Positions 31,001 through 40,438 of a stretch of DNA of 64,000 nucleotides are shown here, piece by piece (position 1 is the stretch's first letter; each line of letters starts with the position of its first letter). The position numbers and the translations under genes were made by a program. Source of the stretch: Candidatus Chisholmbacteria bacterium (GTDB lineage Bacteria; Patescibacteriota; Microgenomatia; UBA1400; Chisholmbacteraceae); assembly GCA_963704905.1 (NCBI GenBank), contig CAVPHZ010000001.1:195438-259437 (forward strand), read 5' to 3'. The notes beneath the pieces were generated by a model, which was not told the DNA's origin, did no database searches, and was given only the letters and a program-made list of their open reading frames with translations.

Positions 31001-31733
31001 CTGTTAAAAGCACACCTTTTTTTGCTCTCTTTACCATATCTTTGACTGTTTTAAATACCTCTTCAGCATTTTGTTGTTCTTGATGGAGAGTGTCTCTGAG
31101 ACTGGCAATTTCTTGCTTGGATTTCAATCTTCTCTCTTCAGATGAAAGCTCTCGTTGTTCTTTCGACTTTACCTTATTTTTTATTTCATCTAATTCGGTC
31201 TTTAAACTTTCTTCAACTTTCTTTTCCTGTTCTACGGTAATTTTCTCGAGTTCTTCTTTCTTTTCTTTGAGTTTTCTATCCAGCTCACTAATGATTTTCT
31301 TTCGCTCATCTTCATCTATATTTAAGATGATGTATTGAGCAAAGTAGATCACTGAGGCAAGATTTCTTGGGGAAATATCAAGAAGCAGTGAAAGTTTTGA
31401 TGGTGTTCCTTTAAAAAACCAGACATGTGCTACAGGAGCTGCTAAGTTTATATGACCCATGCGCTCTCGACGAACTCGACTCTGTGTTACTTCAACACCA
31501 CACTTATCGCAGATAATTCCACGATATCGGATTCGCTTATATTTGCCGCAGTAGCATTCCCAATCTTTTGTCGGTCCGAATATGCGCTCACAGAATAATC
31601 CATCTTTTTCTGGTTTAAGGGTTCTATAGTTGATTGTCTCGGGCTTAATTACTTCTCCATGTGACCAAGAAAGTATTATTTCAGGTGAAGCAAGCATTAT
31701 TTTTAAACCTGTAAAATCTACGATATTTTTCAT
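28023..31733 (-). CDS. rpoC: RNA polymerase beta' subunit
   Basis: Zn finger [27 protein letters not shown]-like [21 protein letters not shown]. Confidence 0.98.
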   Translation of the reverse strand: MKNIVDFTGLKIMLASPEIILSWSHGEVIKPETINYRTLKPEKDGLFCERIFGPTKDWECYCGKYKRIRYRGIICDKCGVEVTQSRVRRERMGHINLAAPVAHVWFFKGTPSKLSLLLDISPRNLASVIYFAQYIILNIDEDERKKIISELDRKLKEKKEELEKITVEQEKKVEESLKTELDEIKNKVKSKEQRELSSEERRLKSKQEIASLRDTLHQEQQNAEEVFKTVKDMVKRAKKGVLLTEDEYLKLSEYDAATHLEVGMGAESILELVRTTDFEELMAILREQSRKFTGQRQVKATKRLRVITGLKKAGIDPSWMILKILPVIPPDLRPMVQLSGGRFATSDLNDLYRRVINRNNRLKHLIDLGAPEIILRNEKRMLQEAVDALIDASQSRSTRRRRTTRQLRSLSDMLRGKQGRFRQNLLGKRVDYSGRSVIIVGPELKLNQCGIPKEMALEMFKPYVLRELIMKGIAPNVKSAKHILERRAPEVYDILENITQNHPVLLNRAPTLHKLGIQAFFPILVEGNAIRIHPCICQGFNADFDGDQMAVHIPLGNVAQAESAALMTPKANLLKPADGSPISTPNKEMALGCYYLTATVLTEEKSSTIFESETEATRAYHMGQIKLRQLIDVRVTIREKTEIIETTVGRIMFNQMIPESFRFMNHPINQAEIKELIRKAVFSLPEEETSDLIDNLKNIGFYSATKSGLSIAVSDCKIIKDKDILIDVANKKAEDVQENYKQGLITEDEKKRLSNEIWMETTDEIAERTWENFEDQNAIKISIDSGGTRASKDQVKQLAAMRGLVVDPLGKIVELPTKSNFREGLSVFEYVTSARGSRKGLTDSALKTADAGYLTRRLVDVAHDVIVRQQDCKTDKFITIEATGNRKRIFLTRVIGRVVAKKVIHPKTKKVLVNKGELISDEILKDIEKTSIEKIHIRSPLTCETKYGICRQCYGWDFSNKKLVEIGTPVGVLAAQSIGEPGTQLTMRVKHTGGIVGLDVTQGLPRVEELFEARTAKIVSPLSEIIGKVEVQETKKGYEVTVRGSGKPVEERQYIVPLTSTLRVKTSDLISVGEQISSGSLDIKEVLKIRGLREAQNYLLEEIQAVYESQGIPINDRHFELIIRKMCDKVKIETTGDTDLLPGELIDKEKFDEENQGVLAEGGEPATAQIVILGITRASLYTESWLSAASFQETTSILTGAAVLGKEDKLLGLKENVIIGRLIPVDKEKAEYIEEE

Positions 31734-34700
31734 TTGTCTTTCTCCTGTTTACTGCGCTTCGCTTTGGTTTCTTTCTTTTTAGTTTTGGTTGGTGATTCTT
31801 TACTGTTCTTGTTCTCTTTATTCTCAACATCGCTGGTTATCGGTTGTGTTGACGCATCGTCAGACTGAGAAGATGGTGTGGAGTCCGTCTGAACCTTTTC
31901 TTCAACTTGAGCCTCATCTTGTTGAACCTCAGGAGATGTTTCAAAAACTTCTTCTTCCACCACTCCTGTTGGAGTAACTTCGAGCGCTAAACTCTGAAGT
32001 TCTTTTACTAATACCTTGAATGACTCTGGGACCGTTGCTTCTGGAATTTCAGTCCCTTTGACAATTGCTTCAAATGCTTTCGCCCTGCCAATGACATCGT
32101 CAGATTTTATCGTCAACATCTCTTGCAGTGTGTGTGCCGCACGATGCGCCTCGAGTGCCCAAACTTCCATCTCTCCAAGCCTTTGGCCTCCCATTTGAGC
32201 TTTCCCGCCGAGTGGTTGTTGTGTCACGAGTGAATATGGTCCAGTTGAACGAGCGTGGGTTTTGTCCTCGATCATGTGAATGAGCTTGAGGATATATCCA
32301 ATTCCAACTACGGTCTCTTCTTCAAATGGTTCTCCGGTTCGCCCATCATAGAGCTGTACCTTCCCTGAAATTGGGAAGTTAGCTTTCTTCATTTCAGAAA
32401 TGATTTTTTCCTCTTTAACTTGTTCAAAGACAGGAATTGCAACTTTGTAATTTAGTTTTTTTGCTGCCCAACCAAGATAGGCTTCTAACAGTTGACCAAG
32501 ATTCATTCGGGCGAGAACCGAGAGAGGAGAAATAATGATATCTACAGGTGTCCCATCTTCAAGATAGGGCATGTCTTCGGTTGGAACAATTTTAGATATT
32601 ACGCCTTTGTTTCCATGTCTACCTGCTAATTTATCTCCTACTGTTACTTTTCTAATTTGGGCAATTCGTACTATCACTTTTTTAATGACACCTGGGTCTA
32701 GTTCGTCGCCTTTTTCTCGATCCAGTACTTTGACGTCTATGACGGTTCCTTCTTCACCATGTGGCATGCGGAGTGAAGTATCTCTTACTTCTCTGGCTTT
32801 TTCTCCGAAGATAGCTCTTAATAGACGTTCTTCTGCAGTGAGTTCTGTCTCGCCTTTTGGGGCAATTTTTCCTACTAAAATATCGTTGGGTCCGACTTCC
32901 GAACCAATTACTACCACTCCATCTTCGCTTAAGTTTCTTAGGTCTGCTTCACCAACATTTGGAATATCTCTTGTCAATTCCTCTGGGCCAAGTTTAGTGT
33001 CCATAACTTGGGCTTCAGATTCATTAATATAAATGGATGTTAATACGTCTTCTCTGACCAATCGCTCAGAAATGATGATGGCGTCTTCGTATCCAAGCCC
33101 GTCAAATGACATATACGAAATGACAAGATTTTGACCAAGTGCTAATTCGCCATTATCTGAACACGGTCCATCTAATAGTAAATCGCCTTTCTTTATGACT
33201 TGGCCGGTTTTAACAACTGGTCGTTGTGAATAACAGGTTGATTGTGAAGAACGCGAGAATTTCTGTGCTTGATATATTTCTTTATTCCCATCGATTGAAA
33301 GGTAATCCCGCGGATTTTCTAGCGCAGCCTTCTTCATCTGGTCTAATTCTCCTTTATTCACTTGAATCTCAATTCGAGTAGCGTCGACGTATGCCACTTT
33401 TCCACCATGCCGCGCAATAATTGACCTTTCCATTGCTTCGATAACGTCTTTTTCCATTCCAGTTCCTACTACTGGAGAGCTTGGTCGGATCAATGGAACT
33501 GCTTGGCATTGCATATGCGTTCCCATGAGCGCCCTATTTGCCTCATCGTGGGCGATAAATGGTATGAGTGATGCAGATGTGCCAACTACTTGTCGAGAAA
33601 CAACATCTACTAACTGAACTTGTTCTACAGGAGCTTCTAAAAACTCACCCTTATATCGAACTGGAACCCATTCCTGAGTGATGATGTCATCATTATCTCG
33701 TTCGACTTCAGCGTGAGTAACATAGTGCTCCTCTTCGTCATCTGCTGGAATATAGATGACTTCGTTGCTAATCTTCATTTGTTGCTTTCCATTTCTTTTC
33801 ACCTTTTCAACTTTCTTGTAGGGCGCCTCTAAAAAGCCGTATTCATTTACTTTGGTATACAAAGCCATGTAGTTCACAAGTCCGATGTTTGGTCCTTCTG
33901 GAGAACGGATCGGGCAAATTCTCGAGTATTGAGAAGAGTTGATGTCTCGCATTGAGAATGAGGCTCGCTCGCGAGTAACACCTCCAGGTCCCATTACCGA
34001 GAGACGTCTAATATTATCTATTTCACTTAAAGGATTGGTTTGATCAAGAATTGTTGAGAGTCGATTTCTTCGAAAGAATTCTGAGATAGTTGCTATTACT
34101 GGTCGAGCATTGACTAATGATGCAGGGGTAATTTTTTCATCAGCCTTGGTTAAGCTCATCTTCTCACGAATAGATCTTTCAAGGCGCAACAAACCGATTC
34201 TAAATGCCGTCGTTGCTACTAGTTCGCCAATACAACGGACTCTGCGATTTGAAAGATGATCTATGTCATCAATGCGGCCTTCTCCATTTTGGAGTTCCAC
34301 TAGATACTTGACAGTTGCAACGATATCTTCATTGGTGAGCACGCGATTATCGTCTGTATTCGGAATATTGAGATTAAGACGTTTATTAAGCTTATATCTT
34401 CCAACTTTTGCTAGGTCGTAACGCCGAGGATCAAAGAATAGCTGATGTAAATATTCCTGTGCATTTTCAAGTACTGCAGGTTCTCCTGGTCGCATGCGTT
34501 CGTAAATTTCGATGATTGCTTCTTCTTTCGTTTTTGTGGAATCTTTCTCCAAGGTTGAGGCAATGTAACTGTGATCTTGATCTGTATCTACATCAGAAAA
34601 TCCTCGAATTGTTTGATCATCTTCTATTAAACCTATAGCCCGTAAAAGTACTGTGGCTGGAATTTTTCGGTGTCTATCTATTTTAATTGTTATGATATCT

Positions 34701-35221
34701 CCGCGAGTTACTTGAAACTCTAACCAAGAGCCACGCAATGGTCTAAGTTCTGCCTTGTGAAGCATCCGCCCTGTAGATGGGTCGATTTCTCCAGAGAAAA
34801 ATACACCAGGAGATCGAACTAACTGATTTACCACTGCTCGTTCGATACCGTTAATGACAAATGTTCCATTCTGTGTCATATTCGGAATATCGCCAAGGAA
34901 GACTTCTTGTTCGGTTGTCTCTCCTGTCTGTTTATTTGTAAGTTTGGTTTTTACTTTAAGTGGCGTTTCGTAGCTAATGCCTTTTTCCTTGGCCTGAGGA
35001 GGAGAATTTTTTGATTTGCCAAAGCTATGATCTTTGAGTTCTAGTTCCCAATTTTTTCCAGTGAAATCTTCAATTGGAGAAATAGTTTCAAGTGCTTCTT
35101 TAATACCTTCATTTAAGAACCAATCGTAAGATTCTTTCTGTACCGCAACAAGATCCAACTTTGGAATATCACTTCTCAAAGCACCCCAGTATTGTCGAAT
35201 GTTGTTTTGGTTTTTACTCAT
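31730..35221 (-). CDS. rpoB: RNA polymerase beta subunit
   Basis: [48 protein letters not shown]. Confidence 0.98.
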   Translation of the reverse strand: MSKNQNNIRQYWGALRSDIPKLDLVAVQKESYDWFLNEGIKEALETISPIEDFTGKNWELELKDHSFGKSKNSPPQAKEKGISYETPLKVKTKLTNKQTGETTEQEVFLGDIPNMTQNGTFVINGIERAVVNQLVRSPGVFFSGEIDPSTGRMLHKAELRPLRGSWLEFQVTRGDIITIKIDRHRKIPATVLLRAIGLIEDDQTIRGFSDVDTDQDHSYIASTLEKDSTKTKEEAIIEIYERMRPGEPAVLENAQEYLHQLFFDPRRYDLAKVGRYKLNKRLNLNIPNTDDNRVLTNEDIVATVKYLVELQNGEGRIDDIDHLSNRRVRCIGELVATTAFRIGLLRLERSIREKMSLTKADEKITPASLVNARPVIATISEFFRRNRLSTILDQTNPLSEIDNIRRLSVMGPGGVTRERASFSMRDINSSQYSRICPIRSPEGPNIGLVNYMALYTKVNEYGFLEAPYKKVEKVKRNGKQQMKISNEVIYIPADDEEEHYVTHAEVERDNDDIITQEWVPVRYKGEFLEAPVEQVQLVDVVSRQVVGTSASLIPFIAHDEANRALMGTHMQCQAVPLIRPSSPVVGTGMEKDVIEAMERSIIARHGGKVAYVDATRIEIQVNKGELDQMKKAALENPRDYLSIDGNKEIYQAQKFSRSSQSTCYSQRPVVKTGQVIKKGDLLLDGPCSDNGELALGQNLVISYMSFDGLGYEDAIIISERLVREDVLTSIYINESEAQVMDTKLGPEELTRDIPNVGEADLRNLSEDGVVVIGSEVGPNDILVGKIAPKGETELTAEERLLRAIFGEKAREVRDTSLRMPHGEEGTVIDVKVLDREKGDELDPGVIKKVIVRIAQIRKVTVGDKLAGRHGNKGVISKIVPTEDMPYLEDGTPVDIIISPLSVLARMNLGQLLEAYLGWAAKKLNYKVAIPVFEQVKEEKIISEMKKANFPISGKVQLYDGRTGEPFEEETVVGIGYILKLIHMIEDKTHARSTGPYSLVTQQPLGGKAQMGGQRLGEMEVWALEAHRAAHTLQEMLTIKSDDVIGRAKAFEAIVKGTEIPEATVPESFKVLVKELQSLALEVTPTGVVEEEVFETSPEVQQDEAQVEEKVQTDSTPSSQSDDASTQPITSDVENKENKNSKESPTKTKKKETKAKRSKQEKDK

Positions 35222-35289
35222 TCTATTGTCATTAGATGTTGATCATTTTTATTTTTTTCAACACCAGATATTCGAATAGGATCTAACAC

Positions 35290-35318
35290 AAAAAAATCCC
35301 GGGAATTCCCAGGTTTTT
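35290..35318 (-). terminator. Second terminator-like hairpin in rpoB leader
   Basis: Minus strand CCTGGG-AATT-CCCGGG-A-TTTTTTT. Confidence 0.6.
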
Positions 35319-35418
35319 ATTATTTTATTTCTTCTTTTAAAATGTCGACGATGCTCTTAATTTGAAAAAACACAACTCTCTTTTCTTGTCAGGCTAGGCA
35401 GAAATTCATTTTAAAATC

Positions 35419-35444
35419 AAAAAAACGACGTACAAAAGTACGCC
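35419..35444 (-). terminator. First terminator-like hairpin in rpoB leader
   Basis: Minus strand GGCGTAC-TTTT-GTACGTC-G-TTTTTTT. Confidence 0.6.
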
Positions 35445-35464
35445 TTGTAGAAAAGGCTAACTTT

Positions 35465-35493
35465 TTTATAACAAATATTATCTAGGATGTCAA
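35465..35493 (-). promoter_or_regulatory. sigma70-type promoter of rpoBC
   Basis: TTGACA-17 nt-TATAAA with TG extension. Confidence 0.65.
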
Positions 35494-35511
35494 GTACACA
35501 GGTTGAATATC

Positions 35512-36525
35512 TTATTTATTCAAATAGATTGCTATATTGGCATTATGTTGTTCAATGGTTTCCGCGTAATGCATATTTCCTTCTAAATCTGATATATAGA
35601 ACCAGTACTTTGTCGGTTTTTGTTCCGCCACTGAGCGTATTGATGATAGTGAAGGATTACAGATGGGTCCGGGAGGTAAACCTATCTGAATGTAGGAATT
35701 ATATACAGATTCGAGATCAATATCTGCTCTGGTAAGATCTTTTTTCCACCATTTGTTTGTATTCGACTGGTAGCCTAAGGCATATTGAATTGTTGCATCT
35801 GCTTGTAATGGCCAGTTATTCCGTAGCCTTTTTAAAAGAATTCCAGCAACCACGGGTCGCTCTTGATTATCTCTCGCTTCTCGTTCTACGATGGAGGCGA
35901 TCGTTATTGCTTGTTGAAGGGTTAATCCTTGATTTCGAATTTTTTCCTGAATCTGGCTATCAACTTTATGTTCAAAAGTTGTTTGCATAATCTCTACTAC
36001 TCTCCCAGCTGTAACTGATCTGGGAAAAAAATATGTGTCTGGAAAAAGAAAACCTTCCATACCTTTCGTGAGCATGAGAAATTCATTTGAGTCAAACTCA
36101 ACTCCTTGACTCGTTAACTGCTTACCCAACGCCTCTGCTATTTCCTCACGTCTCCATCCCTCTATTATGGTTATTTTTACATCATCTCTTCCAACCGTGA
36201 GCGTTTCCGCAATCTGCTTCACTGTGAGGTTGGGTGAGAGTTGAAACTGTCCAGCTTGTATTTTTTTCGCCAATCCATGCTGTGTGACGGTTATCTTGAA
36301 TGCTGCCTGTGATCTAATAAGTTTTTCTTGTGTTAGTCTTCTGCCAATTGAATCGACTGTTTCACCTGATTGGATGCTGAACACAACGGTTTGCTTTGAT
36401 AATTTGTTTAATGGTGAAGTGAGATAACTCCAAAAGAATGATAGAGAGAAGATAATCGCTAAAGCAATTCCACTCACAAATAGGAACCAGACAGATTTTT
36501 TATGATTATTATTCATTATTTTCAC
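35512..36525 (-). CDS. mltG: Endolytic transglycosylase MltG
   Basis: N-term TM, EGFLFPDTY, IASIVERE, LQADAT, GLPPGPICNP. Confidence 0.95.
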   Translation of the reverse strand: MKIMNNNHKKSVWFLFVSGIALAIIFSLSFFWSYLTSPLNKLSKQTVVFSIQSGETVDSIGRRLTQEKLIRSQAAFKITVTQHGLAKKIQAGQFQLSPNLTVKQIAETLTVGRDDVKITIIEGWRREEIAEALGKQLTSQGVEFDSNEFLMLTKGMEGFLFPDTYFFPRSVTAGRVVEIMQTTFEHKVDSQIQEKIRNQGLTLQQAITIASIVEREARDNQERPVVAGILLKRLRNNWPLQADATIQYALGYQSNTNKWWKKDLTRADIDLESVYNSYIQIGLPPGPICNPSLSSIRSVAEQKPTKYWFYISDLEGNMHYAETIEQHNANIAIYLNK

Positions 36526-36585
36526 TTATTATTAACAGAGACCAGGCATTCATCCTGGTCTCGCTGGTGACTCTACCGCTTTCGC

Positions 36586-36786
36586 TTATACTTCTTCAAA
36601 TAACGCTCTTCTATATTTATTTGTCTTTTTATCGTGGATGAAGATTCTTCCGCACTTGCAGAAGACTTTATTATAACCTGGCCTGTGGCTGGCTTTTCTT
36701 CCTTTTGTCAAAGGTACTCCACATCCAGCACACTGACCTCTCGATAAAAGCCAAGCTTGGACTGGTGCGATAACATTTTTCAGCAT
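36586..36786 (-). CDS. Small putative zinc-ribbon protein
   Basis: CAGC...CKC motif, basic; own TGGTATAAT -10 upstream; fills gap between yqgF and mltG. Confidence 0.65.
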   Translation of the reverse strand: MLKNVIAPVQAWLLSRGQCAGCGVPLTKGRKASHRPGYNKVFCKCGRIFIHDKKTNKYRRALFEEV

Positions 36787-36825
36787 GTTTTTGTGCAATT
36801 CATTATACCATTCGCCTTTTTCTGA

Positions 36826-37206
36826 TTACGAGTGTTGATCTAAGTAATCTTGAAGAATTATTGTTGCTGCAAATTTGTGATCAGGCTGTCTTCGTTTCTT
36901 TTTTTTTGCCCCTGATTCTCTGAGTTTTTTTGCTACCAGTTTACTTGTTAGGGTTTCGTCTTGAAAATCAGTTTGAATTTGAGTTCTGTTCTCTAGTTTT
37001 TTTGCAAAGGTTTTTGTCCTATCGGCGATTGTTCCCTCAGAAATTCCGATAATGATCTTTGACACTCCTAATCGTTTGCATATCTCATAGAGATGATCAT
37101 ATATCTCTGGTGTGGTTTTTATTGTTTTTAAGGGTTCAGCCAGAGGACCTGAAGCAATTGCTAGTCCAATATTTTGTTCTCCATAATCAATACCTAAGAG
37201 AATCAT
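36826..37206 (-). CDS. yqgF: YqgF/RuvX pre-16S rRNA nuclease
   Basis: LLGIDYG..IGLAI, DETLTS, AATIILQDYL. Confidence 0.9.
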   Translation of the reverse strand: MILLGIDYGEQNIGLAIASGPLAEPLKTIKTTPEIYDHLYEICKRLGVSKIIIGISEGTIADRTKTFAKKLENRTQIQTDFQDETLTSKLVAKKLRESGAKKKKRRQPDHKFAATIILQDYLDQHS

Positions 37207-37216
37207 AACTTTTTGC

Positions 37217-37969
37217 CTAATCAACTAATGCGGCGGTAATGACGCCTCTTCTGAGATAAGTTCCGGGTGGAGTACAGGTAATCAGTCGTAAGTATTCATT
37301 ATCATACGGTTGATCAAGTACTGAGAGATTATTTGGCTGAACCTCTACTTTGTCGATCACTCTATATGTATATGTAATTCCATCAAATTTAATGGTGATT
37401 TCGTCACCCAATTCCATGGTTGGAATGAGAGAAAAGATTGATAAGTAATTATTTGGATTAAAAAATTGGGGAAGGATTGAATGTCCAAATATTATTGTTG
37501 CTCCAAGATCGCCGGGAAGTGCGGTTTCAGGATATTGAACGAGATTTTTTGAGAGATCTTCTCCTCCGATTTCAACAACCGCGTCTTCGATGTCAAACTT
37601 TGGTATCGAGAGGGTGTAGTGTGTGATATTCGATTCCCGGTTTCTTCTAAATTGTGCGTTTGGAAACCAATTTCTTGGCTGTGTTAAATCGATGCTATTC
37701 TCAGTCTGGATTGTCTCTTCACTACGAATATTTGTTTCAATTTCTTGGCCGATTACTGGAACAGGAATTAGAAATTCTCTCGGTTTGAGATCAGGAGCGG
37801 TAAATAATTCGTAACTTACTATTGGCCATGCGACGCTGGTTACGAGGAGAAGACCAAACGCGATCAGCGATTGTGACATAATGCGAATACGCCTTGATCG
37901 CTTAGTCTGTGTTTTGATAATCTGTGTTGTAATTGTCGGTAGAGCTTTACGGTATTGTATCTGCTGCAT
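37217..37969 (-). CDS. Sortase
   Basis: N-term TM; LSIPKFDI, IIFGHS (His), LRLITCTP (Cys), RR (Arg). Confidence 0.9.
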   Translation of the reverse strand: MQQIQYRKALPTITTQIIKTQTKRSRRIRIMSQSLIAFGLLLVTSVAWPIVSYELFTAPDLKPREFLIPVPVIGQEIETNIRSEETIQTENSIDLTQPRNWFPNAQFRRNRESNITHYTLSIPKFDIEDAVVEIGGEDLSKNLVQYPETALPGDLGATIIFGHSILPQFFNPNNYLSIFSLIPTMELGDEITIKFDGITYTYRVIDKVEVQPNNLSVLDQPYDNEYLRLITCTPPGTYLRRGVITAALVD

Positions 37970-37981
37970 CTGGTTAGCTTG

Positions 37982-40348
37982 TTATTTTTCTACTTTTACT
38001 TCAATGGATATATTCTCCATTTTTCTTGGAAATGTTTTCAGTCTGGCTGGAAGCGCTTTGGGGCTTATTTCAATTGTAGCTTTGGAAAAGTTTGGTAATG
38101 ATTCGAGATACTCTTGTGCAACAGAGGGGTATCGACCGGCTAAATTTCGCTTTATTTCTTCTTCATAAATGACCGGAATAAGGGCAGCTTTATAGATAAA
38201 ATAAATTTCAGCATCCTCCCCCTCAAAATCGATGGACCGTATTTCCGCGGTACTCTCTTCTTTTGCTAAGGTAAAATTCTCCGGAATTGATTCATCTACT
38301 GCTTGGCGAATTAACTCCTCAAAGTCAGCCTCCTCATAGACTTGGCTCGTCACGCTCAATCTCATGCTCAAAGAGACCAACTCTGCTTCCTCACTGACTT
38401 CTCCACTCGTGGTTTGAGATAACACTTCAACCCTGGCTCCATTACTTAATACTTGCTTGCCAGAGCCTTCTGTTTTTTCTAATTCTTGAGCGGCTTGTGC
38501 TTTTAGTTCTGTAGTCAATTCATCGATCAGCGTGTCGAGGTCCTCTTGAGAGATTGCTTGTACTTCTCGGCTTGATCCACCAACTAACGGTGTCTCACTT
38601 TTTGAATCGTATGATGAGGAAGAAAATGAATCCACAGAAAACTCGCTTCCGCCATCAAGGTTATATTCAGAGCCAATATCTTCAGCGCTGACATTTACCT
38701 TCGCTTTACCAAATGTTGTGGTGAGTGAATCATCCGCCTCTACTGCACTAGCTGAAGCAATCGTGACTGATCCATCTAAGACAAACCGAAGTCCATTTGA
38801 ACCGATGAGAACAGTTCCAGACGGAAATGTTTTTTCAGAGGAGGTTTTGTTGTATAGCGCCACTTCTCCAGTGGCTTTTTCTCCGATGGTTTTTGTTCCA
38901 GAGGTTTGTTTTTCTCTGCTTCCTTCTATTTCAGTTTCAACAATCTTTCCTGGAATGATATTTTCATCCAGATTAACTGAGTTTACTGATGAGCTAATGG
39001 TTATTGTGATTTCTTTCTCTAGTGTTTTCGGCTTTACGTAGAGCTCTACTTTCGCTTTTGGAAGCGTCCAGTATGCAAACACCAGACCTGCAAATAATAA
39101 GATAATTACTCCTACCACACCAATTATCATTACTTTTACTCTTGAATTCATGCGACCCGCAATACCAGAGGTTAAAAAGGAAGGTGTCTTCATAAGATTT
39201 TTCATCGGAGAGAAGAGAGCAGTGATTGAAGAGACCAAGTTAAATCTATTCTCACTACCTTCTTCTTCGTACTGATCGCTTTCGTCATCCTGATCCTCAT
39301 CTTCAAGAACTGGAACTTTCGATGGTCTATCCACCTGCTTTTTTTCTGTTGGTTTTATGGCTGGGAGTTGTTTTTCAAGTCTCTCTTCTCCTGATGCAGT
39401 GCTTGAATCGGTGTGCGTTGTAAATCCAATTTCTTCAGCATCTGCGATTACAAGACTCTCACCCTCTTCGGTTGTTGGTTTCTTTTCTTCCTGCTGCTCA
39501 GCGTTTATTTGATCTGGTTGAGCTTGCTGTTTTGTTTTTTCAACTTGCTCCAGTGTATCTCTCTGCTCTTGCTCTTCCTCGATGATTTCAAATCCTAAAG
39601 CCTTGGCTGCTTCTTCACCACCTGCTATTGATACCGACTTAATAGCAATTTGTCGGTCGAGTATTTCTACTTTTGGAAAATGGAGAAACGGTAATTTCTC
39701 GAGCCAGTTGTAGGAGAGAAGATCTTGCTTTAATTTTTCTAAATCTTCTGATCCATTGAATAACATTATTCTTGAGGGAAGATGCTCGTCTACTTTGAAA
39801 CGAGCTAGTCCCTCTTCGACATCTGCACCGATGTCCTCGCTCCTGGCTACTGTTTCAACTCCGGTTATCTTTCCTATACTTACCACGTTCACAATCAATT
39901 CTGTTTCATTTACTCGGATTACTATTGCTGTAGTGGGAGTGCCTTCTTGCTTTTTTAATAGTTGAATAATTGCTTCTGTGGTAACAACAAACCCAATGGG
40001 CTCAAATTCGAACTTTTCACAAATATCTTTTAAGAGCTTTGTGTAATCTCTGCTAATCGTATCTCCATCTACCCAGCCTTCTTGGAGTCCAAACATCACT
40101 TTGTTTGGTTCGGTTTCTATCTCTTCCATTGTTTTTGCAAGGGAAGTATCAATTGCTGTGTGTAGAGTTTCTGGCTTGTTGGTTGATTCCCATTCCTCTG
40201 TTGTGCCGATGGAAACCACTTTTGTTTTTCCATCACTCACCTGCCAGACTGCGGTTGAGACTGATTCACTACTAATTTCGACTGCAAAGAATCTTTCTTG
40301 CACTTTTTCTTTCGAGCTGAATTTTGAGAAGACGTTTCCTAATTCCAT
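37982..40348 (-). CDS. Large bitopic membrane protein: degenerate FtsA/PilM-like N-domain, acidic linker, TM helix, baseplate-J-like extracellular region
   Basis: FAVEISSESVSTAVW and IVIRVNETELIVNVV beta-strand patterns; TM IIGVVGVIILLFAGLVFAYW; TSG.KTIGEKATGEVALYN...SGTVL...V.AEDIGSEYNL...GGSSRE.Q..SQED resembles baseplate J/gp47-annotated proteins. Confidence 0.6.
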   Translation of the reverse strand: MELGNVFSKFSSKEKVQERFFAVEISSESVSTAVWQVSDGKTKVVSIGTTEEWESTNKPETLHTAIDTSLAKTMEEIETEPNKVMFGLQEGWVDGDTISRDYTKLLKDICEKFEFEPIGFVVTTEAIIQLLKKQEGTPTTAIVIRVNETELIVNVVSIGKITGVETVARSEDIGADVEEGLARFKVDEHLPSRIMLFNGSEDLEKLKQDLLSYNWLEKLPFLHFPKVEILDRQIAIKSVSIAGGEEAAKALGFEIIEEEQEQRDTLEQVEKTKQQAQPDQINAEQQEEKKPTTEEGESLVIADAEEIGFTTHTDSSTASGEERLEKQLPAIKPTEKKQVDRPSKVPVLEDEDQDDESDQYEEEGSENRFNLVSSITALFSPMKNLMKTPSFLTSGIAGRMNSRVKVMIIGVVGVIILLFAGLVFAYWTLPKAKVELYVKPKTLEKEITITISSSVNSVNLDENIIPGKIVETEIEGSREKQTSGTKTIGEKATGEVALYNKTSSEKTFPSGTVLIGSNGLRFVLDGSVTIASASAVEADDSLTTTFGKAKVNVSAEDIGSEYNLDGGSEFSVDSFSSSSYDSKSETPLVGGSSREVQAISQEDLDTLIDELTTELKAQAAQELEKTEGSGKQVLSNGARVEVLSQTTSGEVSEEAELVSLSMRLSVTSQVYEEADFEELIRQAVDESIPENFTLAKEESTAEIRSIDFEGEDAEIYFIYKAALIPVIYEEEIKRNLAGRYPSVAQEYLESLPNFSKATIEISPKALPARLKTFPRKMENISIEVKVEK

Positions 40349-40438
40349 GGTGAAACAAACTCTCAATTACACTTTTCGAGAGTCTTAATGCATTTTATTC
40401 TAGCATTCGTAGGGCAAAATGCGAAGGGAACCTGTTGT

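Noticed and set aside
37982-40348. Prophage or contractile injection system suggested by the baseplate-J-like domain
   Set aside because: No tail, capsid, integrase or other phage genes nearby; the gene is embedded in housekeeping synteny
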